A stretch of DNA of 64,000 nucleotides from Nostoc sp. DedSLP01 (GCA_034530875.2 JAVRCJ020000001.1:349520-413519); one strand, 5' to 3'. Shown: positions 18,888 to 29,604, counted from the stretch's first letter. Numbers and translations: made by a program. The notes: generated from the letters alone by a model not told the origin.

Positions 18888-20735
18888 ATGCTCAAGACAA
18901 GTTACGACTTTGACCAGGCTATCTTACCAGCAGGCTCTTCATTAAAGGTTAATATTCTGCTACGTTTTCGTGCTGACATAGCTGAATCTTCCCGACGTAA
19001 CCTGAATCTTTCCTTAGTAATTGACCGTTCAGGCTCTATGGCAGGCGCTCCTTTGCATCATGCGCTCAGAGCCGCTGAATCTGTGGTGGATCGACTTGAG
19101 CCAGACGATATTCTCTCAGTGGTTGTTTACGACGATGAGGTGGACACAGTTATAGCGCCTCAGCCTGTGAAAGATAAAGCTGCACTCAAGAATTCTATTA
19201 AAAAAGTTAGAGCAGGCGGTATTACTAACTTATCTGGCGGCTGGCTCAAAGGCTGCGAACATGTCAAAAACCAACTCGATCCGCAAAAAATTAACCGCGT
19301 TCTGTTGCTTACCGACGGTCATGTCAATATGGGCATTCAAGACCCGAAAATACTCACAACGACATCAGCACAAAAAGCTGAGGAAGGCATTACTACAACT
19401 ACCTTGGGTTTCGACCAAGGTTTCAATGAAGACTTGCTCATCGGTATGGCAAGGGCTGCTAATGGGAATTTCTACTTCATCCAGAGCATCGATGAAGCAA
19501 CTGAAGTCTTTAGTATTGAGCTAGATAGTCTTAGAGCAGTAGTAGGTCAGAATCTCAACTTAACACTTGAGTTGGCTCCTGGTGTCAGCCTCATAGATAC
19601 CCTAAGTTTGGCTAAAGTCAGCCAGAATAAAACCGATCAAACTGCGATCGCCTTGGGAGAACTTTACGAAGGTGAAGACAAACTTTTAGGGTTGAGTCTA
19701 GAGATATCCTCTGCTCAAGTTGGCGAATTACCTGTGATGAAACTGCATTACAGTGCTGATGTTGTGCAAAATGATGTCATTCAAAGTCTGTCCGGCACAG
19801 CAGATGTCGTCGCCAAAGTCGGCACCATTGAAGAAGCAGCTCTTGCCTCTTCGAGCCATATCATCCTCGAACTCAGCCGCCTCACCATCGCCAAAGCTAA
19901 AGAAACAGCCCTCGATTTAGCCGAACATGGCAAACATGAAGAAGCCGAGCAAATCCTCCGGGCGCTAGTCAAAGATTTGCGCGATAAAGGATTGAATGAG
20001 AATTTTGAAATTGCTGAAGAGATAGATCAGCTAGAGTATTTTGCAGGTCGCATCGCCCAAAAAGCTTTGGGAAATGCCGGACGTAAGGAACTGCGGGATC
20101 AGAGCTTCCAGACGATGACGCGCAATCGCAGCGATTTAGTGGGTCGAGGTGTTACGGCTGGCGATGAAGTTTATGCGATGCCTGTTGTCAATGAAGTCGG
20201 TTCGGGTGTAGAGCTACACTGCGTGCGTGAAGGCGGTAAACTCCGAATCAAAGTCATCTCTGATGGCTACGATTTAACCAAGAATGTGCAGTTTCCCAGA
20301 GCGATCCGTGCTGAGGGCGCACGCTATGTAGTTGAAGGGTTGGAACTTTCCAGCGATGGCAGTTTCTACCGCGTGCGCGGTAACATCACCCGTCTGGCTC
20401 GACCTGGTGAAGCAGATATCTTTGTTGCCCCCACACAATCGAGGTCATTTAGCAGTGGCAAAGCGTCCAAAGGCCCTGCTAGTGCTGCCGACTTACCCAC
20501 AACTGATACTATAAAAGATGGCGTTCTAGTCCAGTGCGTTAAAGATGGTAGCAAGCTCCGCGCTAGAGTAGTGTCTGACGGATACGAACCGAATTGGAAC
20601 ATGCGTTTTCCGCGGTCAGTTCGTGAAGAAGGAATGCTTTACGTTGTCGATGAAATTAAAATCGCGCCTGATGGCAAGTCGTATATTGCCTGTGGTGAAA
20701 TTAAGCGATTTGTGCAACCCACTATCGCTAATTGA
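18888..20735 (+). CDS. VWA-domain protein with a tandemly duplicated ~63-aa C-terminal domain
   Basis: MIDAS DRSGSM, GGITNL, LLLTDG; two C-terminal repeats CVREGGKLR..FPRAIR and CVKDGSKLR..FPRSVR. Confidence 0.88.
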   Translation: MLKTSYDFDQAILPAGSSLKVNILLRFRADIAESSRRNLNLSLVIDRSGSMAGAPLHHALRAAESVVDRLEPDDILSVVVYDDEVDTVIAPQPVKDKAALKNSIKKVRAGGITNLSGGWLKGCEHVKNQLDPQKINRVLLLTDGHVNMGIQDPKILTTTSAQKAEEGITTTTLGFDQGFNEDLLIGMARAANGNFYFIQSIDEATEVFSIELDSLRAVVGQNLNLTLELAPGVSLIDTLSLAKVSQNKTDQTAIALGELYEGEDKLLGLSLEISSAQVGELPVMKLHYSADVVQNDVIQSLSGTADVVAKVGTIEEAALASSSHIILELSRLTIAKAKETALDLAEHGKHEEAEQILRALVKDLRDKGLNENFEIAEEIDQLEYFAGRIAQKALGNAGRKELRDQSFQTMTRNRSDLVGRGVTAGDEVYAMPVVNEVGSGVELHCVREGGKLRIKVISDGYDLTKNVQFPRAIRAEGARYVVEGLELSSDGSFYRVRGNITRLARPGEADIFVAPTQSRSFSSGKASKGPASAADLPTTDTIKDGVLVQCVKDGSKLRARVVSDGYEPNWNMRFPRSVREEGMLYVVDEIKIAPDGKSYIACGEIKRFVQPTIAN

Positions 20736-20801
20736 GTTGAAGTTAAGAGATTGTGATTAGTTGAACTTTGCCCTCTAAGCAACAGCTGAGGGCAGAGTAA
20801 T

Positions 20802-22037
20802 TCATAATTGGTTGAAAAGTAAAAACCCTGTTTGAAATAATCCGACAACAAAGCCTAAAATACCACCTAAAGTTACAATTGCCTGCAATTCATTTTTGAC
20901 AATTCCTTCAATAGCATCTTCCAAATCCGCAGGAGAAGTAGATTTTACACGGTCAACAATCACTTGATCTATAGACAATATTGGAATTACTTGTGCCACA
21001 ATTGCCTCTAAATCTTTTTCTAAATACTTCTCTAAAATTAAAGCCAATTCTTGACTCATTACTTCTAAAGAAGTATTGACAACAGGCGAAGTACTTAGGC
21101 GGTTTAATAATACTACAGCAATGTTCTCCCAATCCACAGAATCAGTTAACCCTTGTAGTAAATCGCTGCCACTTGTTTGCAGGTAATGACGGACACTTTC
21201 ACGCGTGGTCTTTCGTAGTTGACGTACCGTTCCAATAGGCAAGTTTTGTAATGATAAATTTTGCAGTAATTTGCGAATGCGATCGCGCATTTGCAAATCA
21301 TGAGTTAATTCCTGCAACCGGGCATTAGTAGCCTCTTTTTCATCTAAACAAAAAGTCCTAAGTCGCGTCAGAGTATTACGCAAACCAAACAAATTTGCGA
21401 CTACCCAGTAAGTACCGCTGGTTTTTTCTCGAAAGCCTTCATCAATAATTTGAATTGTGCGATCGGTCAAAAAATCAACTATTGCTTGTCGCAATACATC
21501 TGGCGGTAAAACCACTTGCAACAACCAATCAGCAAGCCGCGTAGCTTGTTCTTCCGTGAGTTGAAATTCCAATAATATCTGGTCAAAAATTTGATTGATC
21601 TGCGATTCTAAAAAGTCTTCTCGCCGTGCCAAAACCTTCAGTAGTCTTGGCAACGATTCTCCTAGTAAATCCCGCAGAATTCCGGCTACAATTTTAGCAC
21701 TTTTTTGATTTTTATCTGTTTTGATTTGTTCGATCGCCAGCCGCAATAACCAAAGAATTGCTCCTTGCACGCGCTCTGTTTGTAACAAACGTCGTGCCAG
21801 ATTTTGCAATTCTTCTGGCGTTAGTAACGACCCCATGATTGTGTTGGAAATATTCAAAGCCAGACGTTCCTGGTTGCGGGGAATTAATCCAGGGGTGAAG
21901 GGTACTCTTCGTCCAGCAATGTAAATTGCTCGGTAGGGACGGAATAACATTTTTATGGCTATATCATTTGTAAAATAGCCAATAATTCCACCCAGTACAG
22001 GGGGAGAAACATAAAGCCAAAGATGAGACCAGTCCAA
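20802..22037 (-). CDS. DUF445 family membrane protein
   Basis: [20 protein letters not shown] and [14 protein letters not shown]. Confidence 0.9.
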   Translation of the reverse strand: MDWSHLWLYVSPPVLGGIIGYFTNDIAIKMLFRPYRAIYIAGRRVPFTPGLIPRNQERLALNISNTIMGSLLTPEELQNLARRLLQTERVQGAILWLLRLAIEQIKTDKNQKSAKIVAGILRDLLGESLPRLLKVLARREDFLESQINQIFDQILLEFQLTEEQATRLADWLLQVVLPPDVLRQAIVDFLTDRTIQIIDEGFREKTSGTYWVVANLFGLRNTLTRLRTFCLDEKEATNARLQELTHDLQMRDRIRKLLQNLSLQNLPIGTVRQLRKTTRESVRHYLQTSGSDLLQGLTDSVDWENIAVVLLNRLSTSPVVNTSLEVMSQELALILEKYLEKDLEAIVAQVIPILSIDQVIVDRVKSTSPADLEDAIEGIVKNELQAIVTLGGILGFVVGLFQTGFLLFNQL

Positions 22038-22171
22038 GGGAAGAATAAAAAAAGTTAAGAGTTGGGAGGAGGAGTTAGAAGTTAGGAGTTAAGAGTTAGG
22101 AGTTAAGAATGATAAGTTCTCAATGAGAATTTATTACTACTCATAATTCATAACTTTTAATTCCTAACTCC

Positions 22172-22867
22172 TCACTGATTTTTGTTGACTACTAGCACTC
22201 CCATCATACCGTTCGCAATGGGGTAGTGTGTGGCAACAGCAAAACCAACTTCATAAGCTAACTCTACTTGCTTTTTGCCAATAGGAAACCGATCTAAGCT
22301 GGGACTGATGTAAGCATATTCTTCTTTTAAGCCCAAATAATCGGCAACTGGCACCACGAAATTGTCTAAATACCACTGTTGAAAGCTGCGTAACTGATGG
22401 TTACTCGGACGATGAAAGTCTAAAATTGCAGCTTTAGCACCAGGCTTCAGCACCCGGTGTAATTCCTGCAAACTGCGGGGAATATCTTTAACATTTCTTA
22501 AACCATAGCCCATTGTTGCGGCATCAAATTGGTTATCGTCGAAAGGCAAATTTAGCACGTCGGCTTCTACCCAAGAAATCGCAGGTTGGGGGTACTGCTG
22601 TTGCGAACGTTGCTTGGCAGTTTCTAGCAAGTTTGAAGAAAAGTCTACTCCGTACACCCGTCCTGTTACTCCCACACGCCGTGCTAAACGTAAAGCCAAA
22701 TCGCCACTACCGCAACACAAGTCTAGTGCAGTATCACCCGGTTTAGCAGCACTCCATTTGACTGCCATTTCTTTCCATATTCGGTGTTGTCCTAGACTCA
22801 ACCAATCGTTTAACTGGTCATAAACTGGAGCAATGCGGTTAAAAATGGATTGAATATCGTTAGTCAT
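22172..22867 (-). CDS. menG: UbiE/MenG quinone methyltransferase
   Basis: FNRIAPVYDQLND.LSLGQH, LDLCCGSGD, GYGLRNV. Confidence 0.9.
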   Translation of the reverse strand: MTNDIQSIFNRIAPVYDQLNDWLSLGQHRIWKEMAVKWSAAKPGDTALDLCCGSGDLALRLARRVGVTGRVYGVDFSSNLLETAKQRSQQQYPQPAISWVEADVLNLPFDDNQFDAATMGYGLRNVKDIPRSLQELHRVLKPGAKAAILDFHRPSNHQLRSFQQWYLDNFVVPVADYLGLKEEYAYISPSLDRFPIGKKQVELAYEVGFAVATHYPIANGMMGVLVVNKNQ

Positions 22868-23206
22868 TAGTTGTTAGTCATTAGTCATTGGTCGTTAGTC
22901 ATTAGTCATTGGTTATTTACCAAGGACAAAGCGCAAAGTATGAGCCGAGGTTTCCTCCGCAGACACCCGTAGACGCGTTCGCGGAGCGTCTCGTAGAGAA
23001 GCGGCTTGCCGTAGGCTAGGGTGGCTTGTCGTTAGACATCATAACTTTGTAAGAGACCACAAAGCGCAAAGTCGAGCCACTGCGTTCCTGTCGCCCTGCG
23101 TCGGAAAGCAAGTGGCGTTGAGCGCCGGCTTCCGGCGTTAGCGTAGCGGTAGCGAGTCCGCGAGCGTCACAGAACTTTGTAAGAGACGACAAATGACTAA
23201 TGACAA
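22860..23206. repeat. STRR (TTAGTCA)n arms enclosing two composite GC-rich SDR-like units
   Basis: Units bounded by ACAAAGCGCAAAGT and AACTTTGTAAGAGAC, each motif present twice. Confidence 0.75.
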
Positions 23207-24163
23207 CTAGGCAATGGTTGGATGGCAGCGACTACTAGTCAAAGCGATCGCTACGAGTTGCGCTGATAAATCAATCAGCTTTAATTCATCTTCTCGCAAA
23301 ATGCACGGTTGTTTCCACTGTAGGGATAATACGCCCAATAGTCGATCGCGGTAGCTAATCGGCATCGCTAAATGTGCTTGTACGCCACTGTTTTGGTAGT
23401 GAGTAGCTTCTTTTAACTTAGTATCTTTCAGAACATTAAAGGAAACTTGGATTTTCCCTGTGGCGATCGCTTCTTGTATCAGTGGATCTTGGGAAAGCCA
23501 GTTTTCTATTGCACCTGTATCGCTGTAACTTCCTTGAGTTTCCAGCAGAGTATTTCCATTTATAAGCTGTATAATACAGGACTGAGTACCAAAAGTTTCC
23601 GCAAAAGCTCTAGCGATCGGGCTAAGAGTTTCTTCTAAGCTAGAAGCTGCTTGAGTTACCTGCACCAAAACGCTCAACAGCGCCATTTGAGCATGAGCGC
23701 GGCGTAATTCTTCTGTACGTTGCTTGAGCAAGTCGTAGGTTTCTGCTGCTCTTTGGACTACCGCCTTTAGCTCCCCTGGATCCCAAGGCTTAGTAATATA
23801 TTTGTAGACTTGTCCGGCATTAATCGCCTCTACTAAGTCTTCAATATCAGTAAATCCCGTGAGAATTATCCTCACTGTATCCGGAAACTGAGGTACAGTC
23901 TTGCTCAGGAACTCAGTTCCTTTCATTTCTGGCATCCGTTGGTCGGAGATAATTACAGCTACCTCTCCTTCTGCTGCCAAAACTTGTAGGGCATTTACCC
24001 CACTATCAGCCTTCAAAACATTAAAGTCGCGTCGAAAAGTGCGATAAAGCAGATCGAGGTTATCTGGCTCATCATCAACTACGAGAATTTTTAGCTTCTT
24101 TGGTCTTTCGAGAGTCATCACTTGATACTGGATTTTATCTATTTCGAGACTAGGATTATCCAT
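23207..24163 (-). CDS. Response regulator, receiver plus GAF domain
   Basis: ILVVDDE, ISDQRMP, KPWD; C-terminal GAF (HLAMPISYRDRLLGVL). Confidence 0.9.
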   Translation of the reverse strand: MDNPSLEIDKIQYQVMTLERPKKLKILVVDDEPDNLDLLYRTFRRDFNVLKADSGVNALQVLAAEGEVAVIISDQRMPEMKGTEFLSKTVPQFPDTVRIILTGFTDIEDLVEAINAGQVYKYITKPWDPGELKAVVQRAAETYDLLKQRTEELRRAHAQMALLSVLVQVTQAASSLEETLSPIARAFAETFGTQSCIIQLINGNTLLETQGSYSDTGAIENWLSQDPLIQEAIATGKIQVSFNVLKDTKLKEATHYQNSGVQAHLAMPISYRDRLLGVLSLQWKQPCILREDELKLIDLSAQLVAIALTSSRCHPTIA

Positions 24164-24445
24164 AAGATATTTCCCTTAAATATTTGATTATCTTGTTATA
24201 TTCCATACCAAGCTTAATTGAGAATAGCTGTATTCTCTCATGGGTTTTTACGGAGTTAAATCATATTTTTAGACACATTTAATTCCTGGGGACGAAAAAG
24301 ATTTTTTGTTGAAAAATCTTAGCGATTTAGCTGAAGTTACTACAAATGAACTCAACGCAGGAGCTGTGGGCAGTCGATCGATTAGAATAAAACTTGCTCA
24401 TGAGGTATTAATCAACCTCTCAAGTTGAAGCTCACACACTGATTT

Positions 24446-25531
24446 ATGACCGATCTACCACCCAACACTCAGAACACCGAAAATACTAACAGCGATGTAG
24501 CGCAAGAGTTACTGCGAAAATTGAGGCAAAAGCAGGGCAATTGGGTGGAATGGGGAAACGCCATCGCCTCGTTGCAAAAAGCTGGCTACAATCCCCAAGA
24601 AATTTTTGAAGCTACTGGATTTGAACCGATTCAACAAAACCAGGTAATTGTTGGTTCTCAAGTTTACAATTCTTTAGAAAAATTTGAAGTTTCGGAAGCG
24701 GTGCGATCGCACTACAGCACGCGTGGTAGTGATATTTTATATGAGTTACGCTTGCTGACTCAAGAAGAACGCGCCGCCGCCGCAGAACTGATCTTCATCC
24801 ACAAACTCGATCCAGATGAAGCGCGGGAAGTTGCCAAGGCAATGAAAGAATTTTCTTATTTGCGTACTTTACCAGAAGGATTTTCTCGACATCCTGGGGA
24901 TGCAGTTGCTCACCAAGCTTGGAAATTAGCACGGCAAAACTCAGATTTACAGGAGCGATCGCGCTTAATTGCCAAAGGTTTGCGTTTTGCTCACACGCCA
25001 ACAGCCAGGAAACAAATCGAACAATTATTAACTGATTTCACTACCGTTCCCAAGCGTCCGGCTCCAATTTTACCTTTTTACCGCTTGGAATCTGAGGAAC
25101 AATTGCCTCGAATTGTGCCACTGGTAGGCGAGTTGCCATTATCACCACAGGATTTAAAAGCTGTACCCGTAATTACAGAAATTGAACCATTTCGCATAGT
25201 CAAGTTTGCCGGAGAGCAAGCTTGGGTGTCTTTACCAGGTTGGCAAGTACTATTGGCAGCCGAAGATCCAGTAGCGATTTTAGCTTCTGGCGATCGCTTG
25301 CCCAAGCAAAACCAAGGTCACGTAGAATCAGTGTTAATAGTAGTAGATCGCGCCCAACGCCAATGGGACGCTTCCAACTATTTTGTAGTTGATAACGGTG
25401 GTGAATTAGATTTTCAATGGTTTGAAACTGAGCCAGAAATTCCTTTATTAGGACAAATCATTATTATTGTGCGTCCTAAGAAAATTCTAGATGAAGAAAT
25501 AATTAAAGATTCATGGCAAATTGACGAATAA
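24446..25531 (+). CDS. raf1: RuBisCO accumulation factor 1
   Basis: LRQKQGNWVEWG, IFEATGFEP.QQNQ, C-terminal WQIDE. Confidence 0.92.
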   Translation: MTDLPPNTQNTENTNSDVAQELLRKLRQKQGNWVEWGNAIASLQKAGYNPQEIFEATGFEPIQQNQVIVGSQVYNSLEKFEVSEAVRSHYSTRGSDILYELRLLTQEERAAAAELIFIHKLDPDEAREVAKAMKEFSYLRTLPEGFSRHPGDAVAHQAWKLARQNSDLQERSRLIAKGLRFAHTPTARKQIEQLLTDFTTVPKRPAPILPFYRLESEEQLPRIVPLVGELPLSPQDLKAVPVITEIEPFRIVKFAGEQAWVSLPGWQVLLAAEDPVAILASGDRLPKQNQGHVESVLIVVDRAQRQWDASNYFVVDNGGELDFQWFETEPEIPLLGQIIIIVRPKKILDEEIIKDSWQIDE

Positions 25532-25553
25532 ATTCAATTGTAGATTTTGTCAA

Positions 25554-25591
25554 AAGTCCGAGCGAGAAATCCTTCGCTCGGACTTCTCTTT
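25554..25591 (+). terminator. Intrinsic terminator after raf1
   Basis: AAGTCCGAGCGA-gaaatcct-TCGCTCGGACTT followed by CTCTTT. Confidence 0.75.
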
Positions 25592-26116
25592 GCCTCTGGT
25601 ATGTTTGTGTGTCAGCCTTGGCGATTCGATCAATACGATTGAGTTGAGGATAATTCTAGAGACTTGGGTTTCCTTCTTCCAACCTCACTTGTTTTGGGCC
25701 AGTAAACCCGTCCAAAGCCTTAGCTCCCCAATATAGGTAGATTAAACTTTTTGACTCTAACTTCAGCGTATCGTGTTATAAGTCTTCAACCTAATATGAG
25801 ATTACATCTTTTAATATTTCTCTGCCTCTGCAACTAATCTTCATAAATCAAATCATCTTGCTATAACTAAATAAAATTATTAAAAAAATAGGTACTTTTT
25901 CTATAAATTTATTTTTTCTGGTATGTTTTTCTCTGACAACTACAAGTTAATTGATTGCAGAAAAAATTAAGTTTTAATTTTTTCTATTGAATTTCATAAC
26001 AAAACAGGCTTCATTGATTTACAGCTAACAGAAATGTCTCAAACATTCTGTAGCAGAACTACCAGCTCGTAATATTCAGTTTCTCATTTGTATCTGAATT
26101 AAGGAGTTTTCTCAAA

Positions 26117-26890
26117 ATGTCTCTCACGAAACGTTGCTTAGCCGAATTTATTGGTACATTTTGGCTTGTTTTAGGTGGCTGTGGTAGTGCTGTTCTAGCT
26201 GCCGCCTACACAGCAGATGCTGCAAAAATCAGCGAGAATACTTCTTTCCCATTGGGTATTGGATTAGTAGGTGTATCCCTGGCATTTGGGCTGACTGTCC
26301 TTACAGGAGCTTATGCTTTGGGCCATATTTCTGGCGGTCATTTCAACCCAGCTGTTTCGTTTGGACTGTGGGCAGGTAAGCGTTTTCCGGGGTCTGACTT
26401 ACTACCTTACATCGTCTCCCAAGTGGTCGGCGCAGCTGTTGCTGCGGGTATTATATACCTGATTGCTAGCGGCAAAACTGGATTTACGCTGAGTGGCTCT
26501 AACCCACTGGCTACGAACGGCTTTGGTACTCATTCTCCTGGTGGTTATACGCTGTTTGCTTGCTTCATCACTGAAGTTGTGATGACTTTCATGTTTCTAT
26601 TGATTATTCTGGGTGTGACTGATAGCCGCGCTCCTAAAGGATTTGCACCATTAGCAATTGGTTTTGGACTCACCTTGATTCACCTAATTAGCATTCCTGT
26701 AACTAATACCTCGGTTAATCCTGCCCGTAGTACTGGAGTTGCTCTGTTTGCAGGTGTAGAACTGTTTTCGCAAGTCTGGCTGTTCTGGTTAGCTCCTATC
26801 TTGGGTGCTATTTTAGCAGGATGGTTATATGCAGCTGTCTTTAGTGAATCACCTGTGCGAGAACAGCAAAATATTGAAGAACTAGTCTAG
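26117..26890 (+). CDS. aqpZ: Aquaporin Z
   Basis: Two NPA boxes ([15 protein letters not shown]). Confidence 0.97.
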   Translation: MSLTKRCLAEFIGTFWLVLGGCGSAVLAAAYTADAAKISENTSFPLGIGLVGVSLAFGLTVLTGAYALGHISGGHFNPAVSFGLWAGKRFPGSDLLPYIVSQVVGAAVAAGIIYLIASGKTGFTLSGSNPLATNGFGTHSPGGYTLFACFITEVVMTFMFLLIILGVTDSRAPKGFAPLAIGFGLTLIHLISIPVTNTSVNPARSTGVALFAGVELFSQVWLFWLAPILGAILAGWLYAAVFSESPVREQQNIEELV

Positions 26891-27025
26891 TCTAAAAGTG
26901 TTTTTTGATTGTACAAGTTAGCTCGGAATTTCTGGTTTTTATAGCCATAATTAATCTTCAAGTGAAGCTAAATAGGTGTAACATGCCGTAGGTATCGCTT
27001 GAAGTTTTGTTTTTAGATTTCTTAA

Positions 27026-27080
27026 CAATCGCCTAACTGAACAAATTAGTCGAGCATTAATTTGTTTAGTTAAGCGATTG
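27026..27080. promoter_or_regulatory. 23-bp inverted repeat upstream of a TATAAT box (possible operator or terminator)
   Basis: CAATCGCCTAACTGAACAAATTA-9nt-TAATTTGTTTAGTTAAGCGATTG with 2 mismatches; TATAAT at 27093-27098. Confidence 0.55.
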
Positions 27081-27104
27081 AGAAAGGTCTTGTATAATAA
27101 AAGC

Positions 27105-27446
27105 ATGTTTAATAACCGTAATAACTTGCAAAATAGCCAAACTGGTGTTATCTACAGACATGGCGACGTTCTCCTCAGACGTATTGATACCTTACCAGTT
27201 AATGCTCAAAAGCATGTAGGTGCAACTCTGGCTTATGGTGAACTCACAGGGCACAGCCATCGTATTCAGCAAGCTGATGCTGTTCAGTTGTGGGTAAATG
27301 GTAGCGAGCTTTTTCTTGAGGTTAAAGAACCAACTGCTACTTTAGTTCACGAAGAACACCGGCCGATTGAATTAACCAAAGGGTTTTACCGCGTCTGGAG
27401 ACAACGTGAATACCGCCCTGAGGCTTACGTAGAGGTCGCGGACTAA
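27105..27446 (+). CDS. Conserved small His-motif protein, partner of the DUF6745-like gene
   Basis: YRHGDV, GELTGHSH, LVHEEH and RQREY motifs; TAATG coupling to the next gene. Confidence 0.75.
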   Translation: MFNNRNNLQNSQTGVIYRHGDVLLRRIDTLPVNAQKHVGATLAYGELTGHSHRIQQADAVQLWVNGSELFLEVKEPTATLVHEEHRPIELTKGFYRVWRQREYRPEAYVEVAD

Positions 27447-28144
27447 TGCTGAAAATAATGTCAAATGGGCGCGTGCCAAATAAGCCAGTTCAGCAACGCC
27501 CAAAAGAAACCCACGAGCCTGTATCGGCTGAACGTGCTAGAAAACTCATTCTTGAAAATCGCGCATGGGATGGGATGCGCGTTTTAGGTCATCTAGATTT
27601 AAGCGGTGCGTCGCAACTTTACAATTTACCTGAAAATCTCACCTGTGAAAGTCTCGATATTAGCGATTGCACGAACCTCACGGCTCTTTCTACAGGTCTT
27701 CACGTTACTCATTGGATTGAGCTAGCTGGGAGTGGCATTACGAGTCTACCTGAAGGGCACGGTTTTGTTTTACGCTGGCGAGGCGTCCAAGTCAGCGATG
27801 CCATTGCTTTTGGATCGGACTCCCTAACCGGGCAAGATATTCTCAGTATGGAGAATGTTGAGTTACGCCGCGTAGCGATCGAACGTTTGGGGTACGAAAC
27901 ATTTTTGCAGCAAGTAGGAGGATTAGTCCGTCATCGGGATAAAGATGCTGGTGGAGAACGTCAACTTATCTGCATTCCTTTTGAAGATGACGAGCCGTTT
28001 ATGGTTTTAAAAGTAACTTGTCCATCTACAAGACATATTCATATCCTGCGCGTTCCCCCATATATGCAAACTTGCCATCAAGCAGCTGCCTGGATTGCAG
28101 GTTTTGACAATCCAAATGATTATCATCCCGCGATCGAAGCTTAA
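27446..28144 (+). CDS. DUF6745-like protein with short LRR-like repeats
   Basis: LDLSGASQLYNLPENL and LDISDCTNLTAL repeats; NVELRRVAIERLGY, LKVTCPST, LRVPP..AAAW. Confidence 0.75.
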   Translation: MLKIMSNGRVPNKPVQQRPKETHEPVSAERARKLILENRAWDGMRVLGHLDLSGASQLYNLPENLTCESLDISDCTNLTALSTGLHVTHWIELAGSGITSLPEGHGFVLRWRGVQVSDAIAFGSDSLTGQDILSMENVELRRVAIERLGYETFLQQVGGLVRHRDKDAGGERQLICIPFEDDEPFMVLKVTCPSTRHIHILRVPPYMQTCHQAAAWIAGFDNPNDYHPAIEA

Positions 28145-28168
28145 TACAACAGAATAATTTTTTGCTTA

Positions 28169-28252
28169 TGGGCAGGAGGAGAATCGAACTCCTATGACCG
28201 CAAGGTCGCCACATTTTGAGTGTGGTGCGTCTACCAGTTTCGCCACCCGCCC
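28169..28252 (-). tRNA. trnL: tRNA-Leu(CAA)
   Basis: GGGCGGGTGGCGAAACTGGTAGACGCA-CCACA-CTCAAAA-TGTGG, long variable arm, GGAGTTCGATTCTCC-TCCTGCCCA; CCA not encoded. Confidence 0.97.
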
Positions 28253-28420
28253 TTATATTCAACTTCACTATTATAACCTATTTTGCGATTTTGCAACAAC
28301 AAATTTCAAGATTTATCTCAAAGTTTGCTTGATTAATAGCTGCTACATCAAATGTCAGGGTTTGGCAGAACGATAACGTACTCAAAGCTTATCTTGTCTT
28401 GATTTGGCGAATTTCGCTGC

Positions 28421-29542
28421 TTAAAGATGTGGAAACATTAATAAACTACGATCGATATCCTGCAAGTTAGCACAGCCGCTAAGTGCCATTGCCAGACTTA
28501 ACTCTTCTTGTAAAAGTGAGATGACACGGGATACGCCGGCTTGTCCTGCAATCGCTAGTCCCCACAAAATAGGTCTGCCGATGAGTACTCCTTTTGCCCC
28601 TAATGCCAGAGCTTTGAGAATATCTGTACCCCTACGGATACCTCCATCCAACAGTACTTCTAGCCTACCATTGACTGCTGGTACTATTTCAGCTAAGGCA
28701 TCTAAAGAAGCGATCGCACCGTCGAGTTGTCTGCCTCCATGATTGGAAACAATAATTGCTTTGGCTCCATATTCTACAGCCCGCAATGCATCATCGGAGC
28801 GTAAAATTCCTTTGAGTATTAAGGGTAGTGGAGATATGGACTGCAACCATTCCAAGTCCTTCCAAGTTACTGCTGGATTTAGCTGTTGGGCAAAATAAGT
28901 AAACAACCCAGATTCGCCTTTTTCATGGGAAATATCTAACCCTGATATAGTTGCAAGATTAGCTAGATGTAGGTCTAGGGGTAAAGCAAATTCATTACGT
29001 CTATCTTTTTCGCGCTGTCCGAGAACTGGTGCATCTACAGTGAGACAAAGTGCTTTATAGCCTGCTTTATAGGCTTTTTCTACTAAAGCACGAGTCAATC
29101 CTCGGTCTTTGTGGATGTAAAGCTGGAACCAGCGCAGGGAATCAGGAAATTGTTCGCAGGCACTTGCTACTTCTTCAATGCTTTTTGTTGCCATTGTACT
29201 TAACACCATACCCACACCAGCTGATGCCGCAGCTAAGGCGGTGGCAATTTCTCCATCAGGATGAGCCAGACATTGAAAAGCCATCGGTGCAATCAATAAA
29301 GGTAATTGCAGGGGTTGTCCTAAAATGGAGGTATTGAGATGGCGATCGCTAACATCGATTAATACCCGAGGTCGTAGCTTGATACGCTCAAAAGCAATAC
29401 GATTGTCTCGCAACGTAATTTCATCCCAAGCGCCACTACTGTAGTAATCAAGGGCCATTTGTGATAGATACTGTGGTGCGAGTTTTTCGTACTCAAACAG
29501 GTTAATGGGTTGCAAGCGATCGTTGTTGGGTACAACTGTCAT
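28421..29542 (-). CDS. FMN-dependent alpha-hydroxy acid oxidase (lactate/glycolate oxidase family)
   Basis: VSNHGGRQLDG, DGGIRRGTD, LTVDAP. Confidence 0.95.
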   Translation of the reverse strand: MTVVPNNDRLQPINLFEYEKLAPQYLSQMALDYYSSGAWDEITLRDNRIAFERIKLRPRVLIDVSDRHLNTSILGQPLQLPLLIAPMAFQCLAHPDGEIATALAAASAGVGMVLSTMATKSIEEVASACEQFPDSLRWFQLYIHKDRGLTRALVEKAYKAGYKALCLTVDAPVLGQREKDRRNEFALPLDLHLANLATISGLDISHEKGESGLFTYFAQQLNPAVTWKDLEWLQSISPLPLILKGILRSDDALRAVEYGAKAIIVSNHGGRQLDGAIASLDALAEIVPAVNGRLEVLLDGGIRRGTDILKALALGAKGVLIGRPILWGLAIAGQAGVSRVISLLQEELSLAMALSGCANLQDIDRSLLMFPHL

Positions 29543-29604
29543 GGTAGCGGTTATGAGTTAAATGATGGGATATTTTTAATCTCACCAGAGTTATCATATA
29601 TTCC

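Noticed and set aside
25610..25745. Coding-like minus-strand fragment with an internal stop
   Set aside because: Could not be assigned to any family
26900..28252. Integrative element at tRNA-Leu
   Set aside because: No integrase, and I found no duplicated tRNA 3' end by eye
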